From Eledone cirrhosa (lineage: Eukaryota), in NCBI GenBank assembly GCA_964016885.1, contig OZ024740.1, positions 159,898,001 to 159,962,000 on the forward strand: DNA of 64,000 bases, in the 5' to 3' direction. Made by a program: the position numbers and the translations under genes. Numbering within the stretch: position 1 is the stretch's first letter; every line of letters starts with the position of its first letter. Below, piece after piece: positions 39,250 through 51,900 of this stretch. The notes under the pieces are model-generated. The model searched no databases. It had not been told where the DNA came from and was given only the letters and a program-made list of their open reading frames with translations.

Positions 39250-40090
39250 CACGTTTGTCATTCTATACTGCAGAGCTCTTTCCCTTTCAAAAACAGAAAA
39301 GGTGTTTTAGTGAGTATATAGTGAATATACTTTAGAATTTTGTATAGAAAACTGAAGAGAGTGGTGGTGGCATCTGGGGACTGTAAGAATATATCTCTTG
39401 AAATGAAGGTAAGTTGGGAGTATTTTGCTCTTGTAGATAACAATTTGGAAGATTAGTCCTTTTAGTGGTGCAAAGTCTGCAACTCCTGCATCCATTAATG
39501 TAGGTTTTATGTTTTACAAATACACTTCATTTATATATTATGACACTGCTTCCTGTCCTTCAAGGTTTATATAGTGTTTGCTATAGCTGTTGAGATTCTT
39601 GTATCTGTATGATTGAAAGGTGGGATATAGGAGTAGTACTGCTTTTGAAAATTACCTTCAAAATTACTATATAGCTCTTCAACAGATATTGAGTTTTCGT
39701 AACACTTGTTCAATATGCTACTATACATATATAAACATACATATATGCTGACATATCATTCTATTCATCCTTCTCTTTATTTTACAAAGAGCTTTTCTGT
39801 TAACTGTGTCAAATGTCTTTCTCAAATCAATGAACATTTGAAACAGATCTACTCTTTGTTCATTACACTCTTCCTGAAGATGTCTGGCTGAAAATATTAT
39901 GTCCTCTGTACCTCTGTCTCATCTAAATTCACATTGAAACTCTGAAAAAATATCATCAGCAGTATGAAATATATGTCTGTCAAGCATAATCTTGCACAGA
40001 ACCTTTCCAGCCACTGATAACAGTGCTATTCCTCTACAGTTGTCATTGTCATCATTGTACAGGACAACCGCTAGAGCATCATTTCAGTCT
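39250..40090 (-). mobile_element. Old degenerate RTE (BovB-like) RT relic
   Basis: Minus strand reads RGTEDIIFSARHLQEECNEQ..FIDLRKTFDTVNRKAL at about 39805-39915. Boundaries are approximate. Confidence 0.7.
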
Positions 40091-41519
40091 TGTGGAGCTA
40101 TCTTTTCCACCTAAATATTCTGTATCAAAGAGGAAAGAAAACACATTAAGTTTTCATTTCCACACTTAAAGAACTTTACATGCATTTATACATACATACA
40201 TGATGGTTGCAAATCAATTTAGTCCTGCTAGGGACATGCCTATGACCAGCAATACCATGCATCACAAAAATTGTCACATATCAAGTGATACCAGTATTGG
40301 AAGCTTTTTTAAGTGAGGAAAAGCTTTGCACAGGGCCAATCCCACTCTCTGAACATCGAATGCATTTGGTCACAATGCATTCGATGTTCAGAGAAAAAAA
40401 AATTGGTCTACAAGAAAAAAGAATTGGTCTACATCATCGGATGCAAATGAAGTCACAGGTTTTATGTCAGAGTGACCTTCACATACATACTCAGGCATGT
40501 ATGTTGAATGTCAACTCACTATTGAGTATGTCCATATTGAAACATCATTTATATCATTCATGATGTAGTGTTTCGCCATCACGAAAGCTCATGATGACAA
40601 ATATATGCATGAATTGGGTAGGAACAAGACCTCATCTCCTAGACGCTGGTAACACTTCAATGGCATATGTATCTGCATGTTCTGGCAGATAAGTGTGGCT
40701 TATGTTTATACTACACCTATTTATGTGCTGTTTCTGAAAGCCGAAACACTGGAAGTGACTGTATTACATTGTTGTACATGTGTAAGTGTACGTATGTGTG
40801 TGATAGACCCCATTCCTGCAGAAATGAGTGGTTTGCTGTCGGTTTATGTTTCCAAATAAAAGAAGATAAATAAAAAAGTACCAGCATATCAAATTTTATA
40901 GTGACAAGTGATTATCTAATGGTTGTCACTCTCTGAATATTTGAAGCCATTAAATGTTCACTATAGAACAATATAGAAGGAAAATTGACAGAGACTAGAA
41001 CACCACAGGTTTCAAGTAACAGTGACATTCTCTTATGTGTATTTACATACATATGTAAATACCAATATATCAACAAGTATATTTACACACTATTAGAGAG
41101 TTATTGACTTCCCTTGAGTTACTCTTTTGACAGGTTTTGTTTTTCATCCCATGGTGTGTCCTAAAATTAATTTCTTTACCCAACAAGATTGATGGGGCTG
41201 TGATGCAACAGGTTGTACTTAGTTACATATTACCAATAGCACTCATGATAAGCCTAACATACAATATATATATATATATATATATATTTCCTTCCAGCCA
41301 AAGAAGCAGGCATAGCTATGCAGTTATGACCTTCACTCAAAACCATATGGTTTTACATGGTTTTTGCTTCAATCTCTCGACGTGCCTTGGACAACAAATA
41401 CCTTCTGGGTGAAATTAGTTGAGAAAAACTCTGCAGAAATATATTGCATATATATATACTTTGTTATACTGAAAAATTTGCTATAATGGTATTCGTTAGA
41501 ATGGAATTTTATCTGTATT

Positions 41520-41581
<62 letters not shown>

Positions 41582-41590
41582 CACGCACGC

Positions 41591-41632
<42 letters not shown>

Positions 41633-41971
41633 ACATATATATATAGTATAAAGCATTATATTAGAAAAACAGGCAAAAAGTGAGGAAAAATGTGATTATA
41701 TAATCAAATAAACCTCTCTTCAAATTTCTTCTCACTCCTTGCTTGTTTTTCCTAATATAATAACTTATACTAATTTACTCAGTGAATTCTTGGAACCTGT
41801 ACCATACCCGAGGATTTAACATCTGGAATATTATATCACAGGATTCCATTAATCACGTTGACAAAAGAAATATTTGGTAAGCTGTTCTTTCCCTAATATT
41901 TTCATAATCATTCCACAAATATGATTTTACCCTTATAAAATGAAAACTTATCTTATATATATATATATATA

Positions 41972-42187
41972 TAGAAGTAATTCCACAACAGTTAATTCAC
42001 CATTTTCAAGAACAATTGTTTCACCTCAGTTGGATCATCAGCTCAGTTTAAATGAGATTGTGATGATCCGACTGATGATCCGACTAAAGTGAAACAATTG
42101 TTCTCGGAAATGGTGAATTAACTGTTGTGGAACTACTTCTACCAAACTCATCCCATGGACTGAGTGCTCTACTACTACAGTATTCTA

Positions 42188-42190
<3 letters not shown>
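41972..42190. mobile_element. Palindromic hammerhead-bearing mini-element (family 2)
   Basis: 70-bp inverted arms 41972-42041 and 42072-42141, each with CTGATGA..GAAA-CAATTG-TT; 49-bp tail on the right; (TA)n on both sides. Confidence 0.85.
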
Positions 42191-42224
<34 letters not shown>

Positions 42225-43189
42225 GTATATCATAGTGAAATTAGATTTTGAAATGGCAAGAGCTCACGCATCAGGCCCTGACTCTTTATAATATTGCCAT
42301 ACTCTACTATACCAAGTATTGAGTACTCATTTGAGTAATGGTCGAAATAGTTTTAAACTGGTTTTATCCTGCTATATATATATTAACTATATATATATTC
42401 AAACACATACAGATATAGCAAGCACTTGTAGATATATATCTCTGCTTGGGAAGATAAAACATTAAGTTAATTTTCCAAATAAGATTTTACAATATATATA
42501 TACACACATCCAAATCATATTTAAAATCATTCAATTTAATTTAATTTTTTTTTTATAAATTCATATATTTATATATTCTTTATAATCTAACTGTCTTATT
42601 TTTTCTTTGCCTTTCCCCAATGAATTGAAAAGTTAAATCTGTAAGTGCACCAATCTGAAAATATATTTTAATCAATGTGGGTTAGTTCTTGTTGGTGAGA
42701 AATATATTAAAAATATAATTTTCCTTGCCTTTCAGTAAATATTATTTTCTAATTTTGTTAAAGAGTATTTATTGGTTCTTCTATATAGGAGTGTAAAAAA
42801 TATAATTTGGAAATGCAAAACTGGAATTTCCAAATGAATATTTATAGATGCAATTTACATTTTAACACCTATTTCAGATTTAATTTTCTAATGAAATACA
42901 GTCCACACATTTTTCAATTAATTTTTTTAAGTAATCATGAATATAGAGGGATTTTAATGTTTAGAACATAACACAACTAAAGTTTCTTAGAAATATGATA
43001 AAAGCTTTAACCCTTTGATACCAAATTCCTGAAACTCTCCTTGGATCTATGATATAAAACTTTAAATTCATCTGCAAATCTATCATAATTTCATATAAAA
43101 ATGATGGTTAATTTATACTCTAAACACCAGTTTAATAATGACAGTGTTAGTTACACAACTAAATTCTACAAATCCATGGTTAATGCCAC

Positions 43190-43600
43190 CAGTTCCCTCG
43201 GCATGCTATTTTAATGATATATTGAGGAGCTTGGATGCAGCTGACTTCCCATCACAACAGTAGTCAGCAGGCCTCGACCATGACGATGGCAAGCATCCCA
43301 ACGGAATTACCTTTTTCCCACCTGGGACACCACATGCTGTGATTTGTTCTCTGACTTCAACTGAGTCGCTTCAGCCACAAAAAAACTCCAGTTCTGTGGC
43401 TCGCAATGCAGAGGACAGGAAAACAACCAAACACCAGGGCAACCTCGGACCTAATACTGCTGAGCTCCTCTGCAAAATCAGATCCACAGCAGCCCATCTG
43501 ATGAAGGAACTCCACGTCATGGCATGACTGTTTCAGTGGGTGTTGCCGGCCATGCCTTTGCAGTCTTGTCTGCAGGGCCCAGCCCAAACACTGCCTGCCC
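43190..43600 (+). mobile_element. Degenerate CRE-clade LINE, RLE endonuclease region
   Basis: Reads across frameshifts as RH..LND...GLDHDDGKHPNGITFFP..WDTTC.D..SVARNAEDRKTTKH..LGPNTAELL. Confidence 0.65.
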
Positions 43601-43936
43601 CAGGCCTAGAGCCAATCACCCTCTCTCTTTCTTCTGTGGTTTCATAATCCTTGCTTTTCCACTCATTTATGGCATTTATAGTTCTTTCTCCTACGTTCCT
43701 ATAGAGACAGATCTGTATTATTTAGCCCTTTCCTCCTCTGTTCATTGCTTGCTTTAGTTTTTATCATTTTTTTCTTTTATATTTTAATTAGTATTTGTAA
43801 TGTTTCTTATACAACTGTGTATTGATTTATTGTCTGTAATTTTATTTTATAACATGGAATTTATTGTCTGATTAAATAATTGTTTTCAAAATGATTTGAA
43901 AATTGCAAGTAATTTTTTTGTTAGAAATATAATAAT

Positions 43937-44047
43937 TGTTTCTACTTTAGGCACAAGGCCAGCAATTACCCAGTGCATTACTGGTACTTTATTTTATCGA
44001 CCCCGTAAGGATGAAAGGCAAAGTTAACCTCGGCGGGATTTGAACTC
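43937..44047 (-). mobile_element. 5'-truncated SINE family B with 18-bp target-site duplication
   Basis: TGTTAGAAATATAATAAT at 43919-43936 and 44048-44065. Confidence 0.85.
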
Positions 44048-44377
44048 TGTTAGAAATATAATAATGAAAGGGTTAAGCTTAAATATAAACTGTAAATGGG
44101 ACGATATTGTATCCTATAATGTGGGGAAGTCTAAGATAGGTTTACTTTGTTTTTACTATCCAGTAAGCAAAGAAGCAGTAGTAACCATGACCTATCAGAA
44201 TCTCTGAGACTGGTGGGAATGAGGGATGAAGATATCCTCCAACCAGGGACATGGTGTCGATGTTGGTAACAGAGTGAGCTTCAATAAAGATCCCCAAGAC
44301 CATTTGGTAGTAGTGGTAGTGTTGAACTATGTGATAGAATATGTACACCACCCAAGTAGGTCACAGTAGTATTTCTA

Positions 44378-44443
44378 ACTAAGAATGCAAAGAGCCAGTT
44401 TAAGTACCACAGGGTACTCAAACTGGCTCTTTGCATTCTTAGT
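44378..44443. other. Near-perfect 31-bp hairpin with 4-nt loop
   Basis: ACTAAGAATGCAAAGAGCCAGTTTAAGTACC-ACAG-GGTACTCAAACTGGCTCTTTGCATTCTTAGT, one mismatch. Confidence 0.9.
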
Positions 44444-45218
44444 GTTAGACAGTGTAATAATTCTACCAGTCCTCCACCCTGGACTGATTCTTTATTTTAG
44501 CAAACCTGAAAGGATGAAAAGAAAAGTTGAGCTTGGTACGATTTGAAAGCCAGAATAAACACCCCAAAGTTTTTTGTCCAATTCTTTAATGACTCTGCAA
44601 GTTTGCTTCCTTATTAAATGATTTAAAGGATTTTATATGTTAGTCAGAGGATAGGCGTTAGTAAAATAATTCACTTTCCATATTAAGAAGTTCAGTTGAC
44701 AATCATGTATGACCACTTTATGGCACCTTGGGCATGTGTCTATTACCAAAGCTTAAGTTTGACCCAAACCTTATACTGAAACTGGATCTTAATTTAAAAG
44801 TCCTGCCTTGTCAAACAGTGTCATACTGATTCTGTCTGAGAGTTGTGCTAAGAGTGCACATATTTTTTCTTTTACTCCTTAGTCAGATGGAGGTACAGGT
44901 GGGAGGAAAAAAGAAGAGTAAACACAAACCAGAAACCTGGCCAGAATGATTACTAAATAAAGGCCAGGTGTGGTGTTAAACCGAGTGGTTGATTATGATT
45001 GTAGATTAGTCAGATATTTTATACAATAATTAAACATTAATTTAACAAGGAAGATGTTCAGAATCATTGGAAATATTTTACGAAAGTTTGAAAATAGTGT
45101 TTACTGATAAGCAATAAAAGTTTTAATTTTAACATATTTTACACCAACAAAAACTAACCTTAATAGTTGCTAAAATTTTCAAACATTTAAAAAAGGAATT
45201 TGAAAATAACCAAGAATT

Positions 45219-45600
45219 TCATCATCATCATTGTTTAATATCCATCTTCCATGTGAGCATGTGTTGGATGGGCTGTCCCATTGTGAGGGAGCACATTGGA
45301 GGACCAGGATTCATTCACACAGAACTGATTTTAGCTTGGTTTCTATGGCTGGATGCCCTTCCTAATGCCAACCACATTTACTGTGTGTGTTGGGTGCTTT
45401 TTGTCGTGACACCTACACAAGCACTTTACTGTGTGGACTGGGCGCTTGCTTTTTTCATGACACCTACATAACCACTAGAGTGTGGGCTGGGCACTTTTGT
45501 CATGGTTTCAGGGGGGATTACTTTATAGAGGAGGTTGGAAACCTGGGAGGGGTGGGAAAGATGCTTGAGAAAATTGGTGACATAGGTATAGGGTAGGGTT
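45219..45600 (-). mobile_element. Older RTE 3'UTR fragment
   Basis: (CAT)n start, GGCTGGATGCCCTTCCTAATGCCAACC and tandem ~42-bp units like the other RTE tails. Confidence 0.7.
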
Positions 45601-46319
45601 ATGGGAGTGGAGATGGTAGAGGATGGTGTTGCTTACTAGATATATGCCTCAGCCTGAGAATAATAGAGGGTGGGTCTTCTGCAATATTTCATAGTGTCAG
45701 AGGTCATGGTCCTGTATTTCTATGCATTTATTAGTAAGTTAACTTACTCATTATTAAGTTGGTGTTTGTAGCATAACTTAACAAAGATCCTACACAGAGT
45801 AATGATGAAAGGTTTTAAACACTGTTTTGGATTAAAGAAGCTGGACCAACTTCAAGCAGTTTGGTATTAAAAGAGGTCAAATGTATTTTTAGATTGGTGT
45901 TCTTAAAACTTTCTCCCGTTCAATTCATCTACTACGACAAAGAGTAAATATTTTGAATTTTCAGTGCTGAAACAGATGGAGCATCTATCAAATGAGGGTG
46001 TATATTATTGCAGTGACTTCTCTGTGCTCTGTATAATTATACCTTATGGAGTGATAAAGTATTAAATACAATTTAATGTTCTGATGTGAAATTTTGTTTT
46101 GCTATAGGAAAAGTTTAATAATCACAAGAAATTAAATCTTTCGTTCTTTCTTTACTCCTTTTAAATGAGATTAGAGAATACGCATTTCGAAGTATGTGTG
46201 TTGTGTATGAAAGACAGCTCTCATTTTCACATTACTGTGCCACATGCATCAAATAGAATATTTTACAGAGATATTACATTCATTAGATTACACTTAGACA
46301 CCTAACACTCACATAAAGT

Positions 46320-46626
46320 CAAACACACACACACACACCCATATATATACATATATACAGATATATGGATATGTATATATTTATGTATATATATTTATAT
46401 ATGTATATATATATATATGTGTATATATATATATATATATACAGATATATGGATATGTATATATTTATGTATATATATTTATATATGGATATGTATATAT
46501 TTATGTATATATATTTATATATGGATATATATATGTATATATATTTATATATGGATATGTATATATTTATGTATATATATTTATATAAGGATATATATTT
46601 ATATATGTATATATATATATATATAT

Positions 46627-46672
<46 letters not shown>

Positions 46673-46709
46673 ACATATATGTGTGTATATATATATATAT
46701 GTACATATA

Positions 46710-46765
<56 letters not shown>

Positions 46766-46859
46766 TATATCTAAATATATCTAAATATATATACATATCC
46801 ATATATAAATATATAAATATATACATATTCAAATATAAATATATATATAAATATGTATG

Positions 46860-46946
<87 letters not shown>

Positions 46947-47026
46947 CATATTTATATATATATTTATATTTGAATATGTATATATATATATATATATATA
47001 CATACATATTTATATATATACACACA

Positions 47027-47068
<42 letters not shown>

Positions 47069-47230
47069 TATATGTACATATATATATATATACTCATATA
47101 TGTACATAGATATGTATATATACATATGTATATATATATATATATATATGTATGTATATATACATGTGTGTATATAAATGCTTGTGTGTGTGTGTGTGTA
47201 TATATATATATGCATGTGTGTGTATATATA

Positions 47231-47287
<57 letters not shown>

Positions 47288-47450
47288 AGAGAGAGAGAGA
47301 GAGAAATGTATATATGTATGTGCAATCTCAACAGACATAACCACTGTACACTCAAACACTGTGCACTAACATCAACAACAACACACACAATCACTCGCAT
47401 TCACACACATATATATATATACACATATATATATATATATATACACACAT
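46320..47450. repeat. Long compound (TA)n/(TG)n microsatellite with ~36-bp higher-order units
   Basis: Seen directly. Similar tracts at about 2000, 24330, 34250, 37790, 38320, 52670, 54420, 55095, 60725, 61640 and 63300. Confidence 0.9.
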
Positions 47451-47921
47451 ACATCTCATTACATGTTAGGTAACATTTCTCTTCTATGGAGGAGTATTGT
47501 TTTCTCTTTATTATTATTATTATTATTATTTTTTTTTTTGTTGGCTCCTGTTTACGACCATTTTATTGCTCTGAATGTTACGACTTTGACTTATTTGCTA
47601 AAGTAAAAATTGGAAGGAACAGGGGTTGGGGGGATGGCAATAGAAAATTTCATTGTCTAAGTGCCACATGCAACCAGGTTATTTCGTAAGAACCAATTTC
47701 CTGCCACTGTTTTCTACATTAATTTATTTAACTTCTTTCATTTTATGTTCAAAGGTTCTTTCTGTTCTTTTATTGCTGGTTTAATGGTTTTTTTTTAATA
47801 TATATATTTTTTGTTTCAGTTAATTTAACTATACCTTCTTCAGAGAGGTATAGAGAAAGGGCGAGGGAAAGGTAGAAAAGCAAGGAGAGTGAGTGACAGT
47901 TAAAAAGGAGAAATGAATAAT

Positions 47922-47975
<54 letters not shown>

Positions 47976-48128
47976 TGTGTGTGTGTGTATAAATATGTGT
48001 GTGTATATATATATATGTGTGTGTGTATATATGTGTGTATATATATATACATGTGGGTGTATATATATATGTGTGTGTATATATATATATATGTGTATGT
48101 ATATATATATATGTGTTTGTATATATAT

Positions 48129-48428
48129 ATCATCATCATCATCATCATTTTACGTCCACTTTTCCCTGCTTGCAAGGGTGGGACGGGAACTGATTCTGGC
48201 TTGATTTCTACAGCTGGATGCCCTTCCTAACAGCAACCTCATTTACAGTGAGTGCTGGGTGCTTTTTTGCCGTGGCGCCTACACGTCCACTTTACAGCTG
48301 AGTAAACTGGAGCAATGTGAAATAAAGTGTCTTGCTCAAGGATACAACACATCACCCGGTCTGAGAATTGAACTCACAACCTCTTGATTGCAAGGCCAAT
48401 GCTCTAACTACTAAGCCATGTGCCTCCA
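48129..48428 (-). mobile_element. SINE family A variant
   Basis: Full tRNA-like head; the junction to the RTE tail uses the GTGGACGTGTAGGCGCCAC unit. Confidence 0.9.
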
Positions 48429-48438
48429 TATGTGTATG

Positions 48439-48473
<35 letters not shown>

Positions 48474-48689
48474 GTGTATTGTTATATTTGGGGAGGGTCA
48501 TATTTGCGTAATATTGCCAGAATTAATAACAGAACACACTCACTGTTTGGTTGGTTTTCGCTTCTCGCTGTCTTTTATATATATATATATCTGCGATCTA
48601 ACTTACTCGGTCCTCAATGTTGCCATTGACTGACCGGCGGTCAAAAATAATACAGATACAATATAGACAAACACATATATATATAGTTT

Positions 48690-48746
48690 ACATAATTTAC
48701 ATAAATCTTTCGTTGCACATCTGCAACATCGTCAGTGGTGTTATAT
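48690..48746 (-). ncRNA. Hammerhead-like motif in the PLE 3' region
   Basis: Minus strand CA-CTGACGA-T-GTTGCA-GATG-TGCAAC-GAAA-GATT-TA-TG: perfect core and 6-bp stem II; stems I and III are weak. Confidence 0.6.
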
Positions 48747-48996
48747 TCATTGTTCCTCCTGTTGTGTTGTATGTCTACGCCATTTTTTTTTTGTATGTTT
48801 ATTTATTTATTTGCTTGTTTGTTTATCTTATTTTATTTTGTCTTCTTTGTGCATGCGTTTGCGTGTGTGTATAGTGTTATGTGTGATGTGTGATTAGTGT
48901 GTATAGTGTTGTGTCTGCTGGGTGACTAGTGTGTGTTTATGTGCTTGTGTATGTATTTATTTATCTTATTTTATTTAATTTAATTTACTTATTTAT

Positions 48997-51900
48997 TTAT
49001 ACTTCTCTTAGGTCAGTGTTGTTTGTTTGGGTGTTGTTGTTGTTCCACTCATTCTTTCTGTTTAGCTTTGGTCTTCTAATTTCTATTTCACTGGCCTCTC
49101 TGATTTGCCTATCTGCTGGGTCATTCCTATGTTTAGATATTATTCTAATTTCTATGTTGTCTATGTTACCGTCATGTTGTTGTCTAGCATGTTCGTATAG
49201 TACTGACCCGTTTTTTCGTCCTTTTAGTTCCCCCCAGTGTTGGTCTATCCTTTCACCTATGCTACGAGCTGTCTCACCTATGTATGTTGTTGTCGTGTTT
49301 CTGCAAGTACCCTCTGTACATCTTATGCTATAGACTACGTTTCTAGTTTTACAGTTTATCCGGGGGTTCACCTTACATATGATACATTTCCTATTGGTAC
49401 AGTGGGTTTTCTTAAAAGGGTAGGTTTTGCTGATCAGGGATTTTATGGTGGTTCCTGGCTTTTCTACCACCTTTATTTTTAAGTGGGTCTTTCTCAGGGC
49501 CTTTCTACACTGGTTAGCTAATTTCCCTCCAGGGGTGGCGTCCACAAACATGACACTCTGATATCTCTGGTTGTCGTACCATGATGTGGCCTTCCCTATC
49601 TTATGTCTAGCCCTATCTAAGCTATTCCATGATTTGCTCCTGTATAGTGGGCAAGTTCCTTTCATGTCCAGTTCTATGAGGGTCTTATACTTTTCCATGG
49701 CTCCTTCGTATACTCTGACTCTGTCTCTTTGGTTGTAGCCAGAGAACTGCATGCGGTTGATGAAGTGTTGGATGTGTCCTTCCATTTCTGTTGGGTCGCA
49801 CATGCTGGACACATTCTTCATCACTCGTACCAAATCTGCGATCAGAATATTAAACTTAGCACTACTGGACATTGCTGAGTTTTTGAGTATCAGGTATTTG
49901 GAGGCCATGGGTTTAGCATAGTGTGAGTGGAGAATTTGGGCTCTCTCGTCTATAGTGTTAATCCAGAGTTCTGTGTCTAATACAGGTAGTCTATTGTTAG
50001 GGTGTTTGGAAGGGAAGTCTATAGTTACAGTTATACTCTGGTGTATGGAATTAGCTATCTGCTGGATGCTTTCCATCGTGCTACGTTCTAAATCAAACTT
50101 GTTAGTGCTCTCTAGTGGGGGTGTTCTTATAACTATATTGATATCGTCTACATAACGAGAGTACATGATGAGGTCTATGGAGCTTTCATTAAGGAGATCT
50201 TTAAGTCTCCTTTCCCACCATACCATGAAAAGGTTGGCAACATCACCAGCTATGCTGACGCCGATGGCTGCTCCCTCATTTTGGGTGTAGATTTTCTCAT
50301 TGAACTTAAATATGTGGCCCTTTAGGGTAGTTTTGATACTAGCCCCTATTGCATGTGCGACCATTTTTCTTACCTGATCAGTGTTTTGGGGGGTCCGTAT
50401 AGCTTTGGTCCACCCAATCCACCTTCCTATGGGAGTCTTTTTAGCCATTGAGGTTATGGTGGGGGGTCTACCTCTTATAGGTCTACTAGGGCAGAAACAT
50501 CTAAGGTCATGGCTGTCTAGGTAGTCAGTGTCGTAGGTAAGTCTAAGTAGGAGGCCCAGTTCGTCTGTGTCGACGTCGCAGAACTCCACCTCACTCTCAA
50601 TGATCATCTCCACACATCTTTTCACAGCAAAATCAATGTTAATGGATGGGTACAGTGACACCACATCCATGCTGCCTATTATGCAGTTGGATAGGCTCCT
50701 GTTTTTGTTGCACTCACTGATTCTGCTGAGGAGGTCCTCTGTACTTTCACATACATCTGGGGACATCTTGATTATGGGGCGTATAACCATTGAGAGGAAG
50801 TAGGAGATCCTGTAGTTGCTAGCTATATTAGCTCCGCATACGGGTCTTGTTGGTGGTCCTGTTGTCGGGTCGTCGACTGTCTTGTGGTCTTTGCGGAGCC
50901 CATACAAGGGTGGTATGCCATTGTTAGACGCCTGGAAGTTGTTGGCAGTGCGTCTGCTTGGCTTTAGGATGTCAGTCCACATCATCATGTGAGCGTTGAG
51001 GATTTTTTCTCTCCCATCGTGTGTTAGTTGTGCAACTTCGCTCGTGTTGGTGATGTGGGGTTGCATTGCCTCGATGTAGTTCGGCATGCTATCTATTGAC
51101 ATCTTACCAGACTTATCTGTGGGTAGACACACTACCTCACCATCCCTTGTGCGCTGCTTGAGGCTAACCAAGCCTTCTACAGGTTTTATCCCAAGTTGTT
51201 GGGCCTCTGGTCTGCTCTGTCTCATAGTGTACCTGTCTACTACTTGTCTAATCTTATTTCTAGCTATGGTGAACTGTGCCTCCGTCTCGTCATCTATTTG
51301 CTGTGGTATGCAAACTCTTTTATTAAAGGGTAACCTCGTAGGATAGATATTACCCATCTTATATGTTTTGTCAGCTGGGTTGAAAAATAGTTTCTCTAAG
51401 GGGTTGTCGTTATTTCTATCGTCATAGTTGTGTGTGTTGCTATTATTGTTATCATGGTGGTTGTTGTTGTTTCTATCATTAGCATTAATATTATTATTGT
51501 TATGATTGCTAGATGTATTGTTGTTTACTTCACCGTTATTGTTGTTGTTGTTACTGCTATTTCTACCATTGTGGTTGTTACTATTATTATGTTTCTTGTT
51601 TTTGTTGATGTTGCTACATGTACTATTTCCATTATTACAACTGTGGTTATTGTTGTTGTTGTTGTTCGTATTGTTACCGTTATTACTACTGTGGTCACTG
51701 TTGCTGCGTCTGTGGTTAACGTTTCTATTATTATTATTATTGTGGTTGTTGTTGTTCTGTCTATCGCTAGTATTATTACCATTATCACTATTTCTCACTT
51801 TCCTGCCATTGTTATGGTTATGGCTGTTATTTCTATACCCAGAGTTATTGTTTATATTACTACTACCGTTATTATTGTTGTTGTTGTTTACCTTTGCATT

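Larger units (their letters stand above)
43011..44072. mobile_element. TTAA-flanked MITE carrying nested CRE-like and SINE insertions
   Basis: TTAA-CCCTTT at 43007 and AAAGGG-TTAA at 44067-44076; the left part resembles 19815 onward. Confidence 0.55.

Noticed and set aside
39873-39902. CTGAAGA..GAAA-ATAT-TA hammerhead-like string
   Set aside because: No stem I, and it lies antisense to decayed RT coding sequence; treated as chance.
48716-48996. SECIS element or selenoprotein-type PLE
   Set aside because: The ORF has no in-frame TGA and ends in TAA; no SECIS-like hairpin was seen in the UTR.
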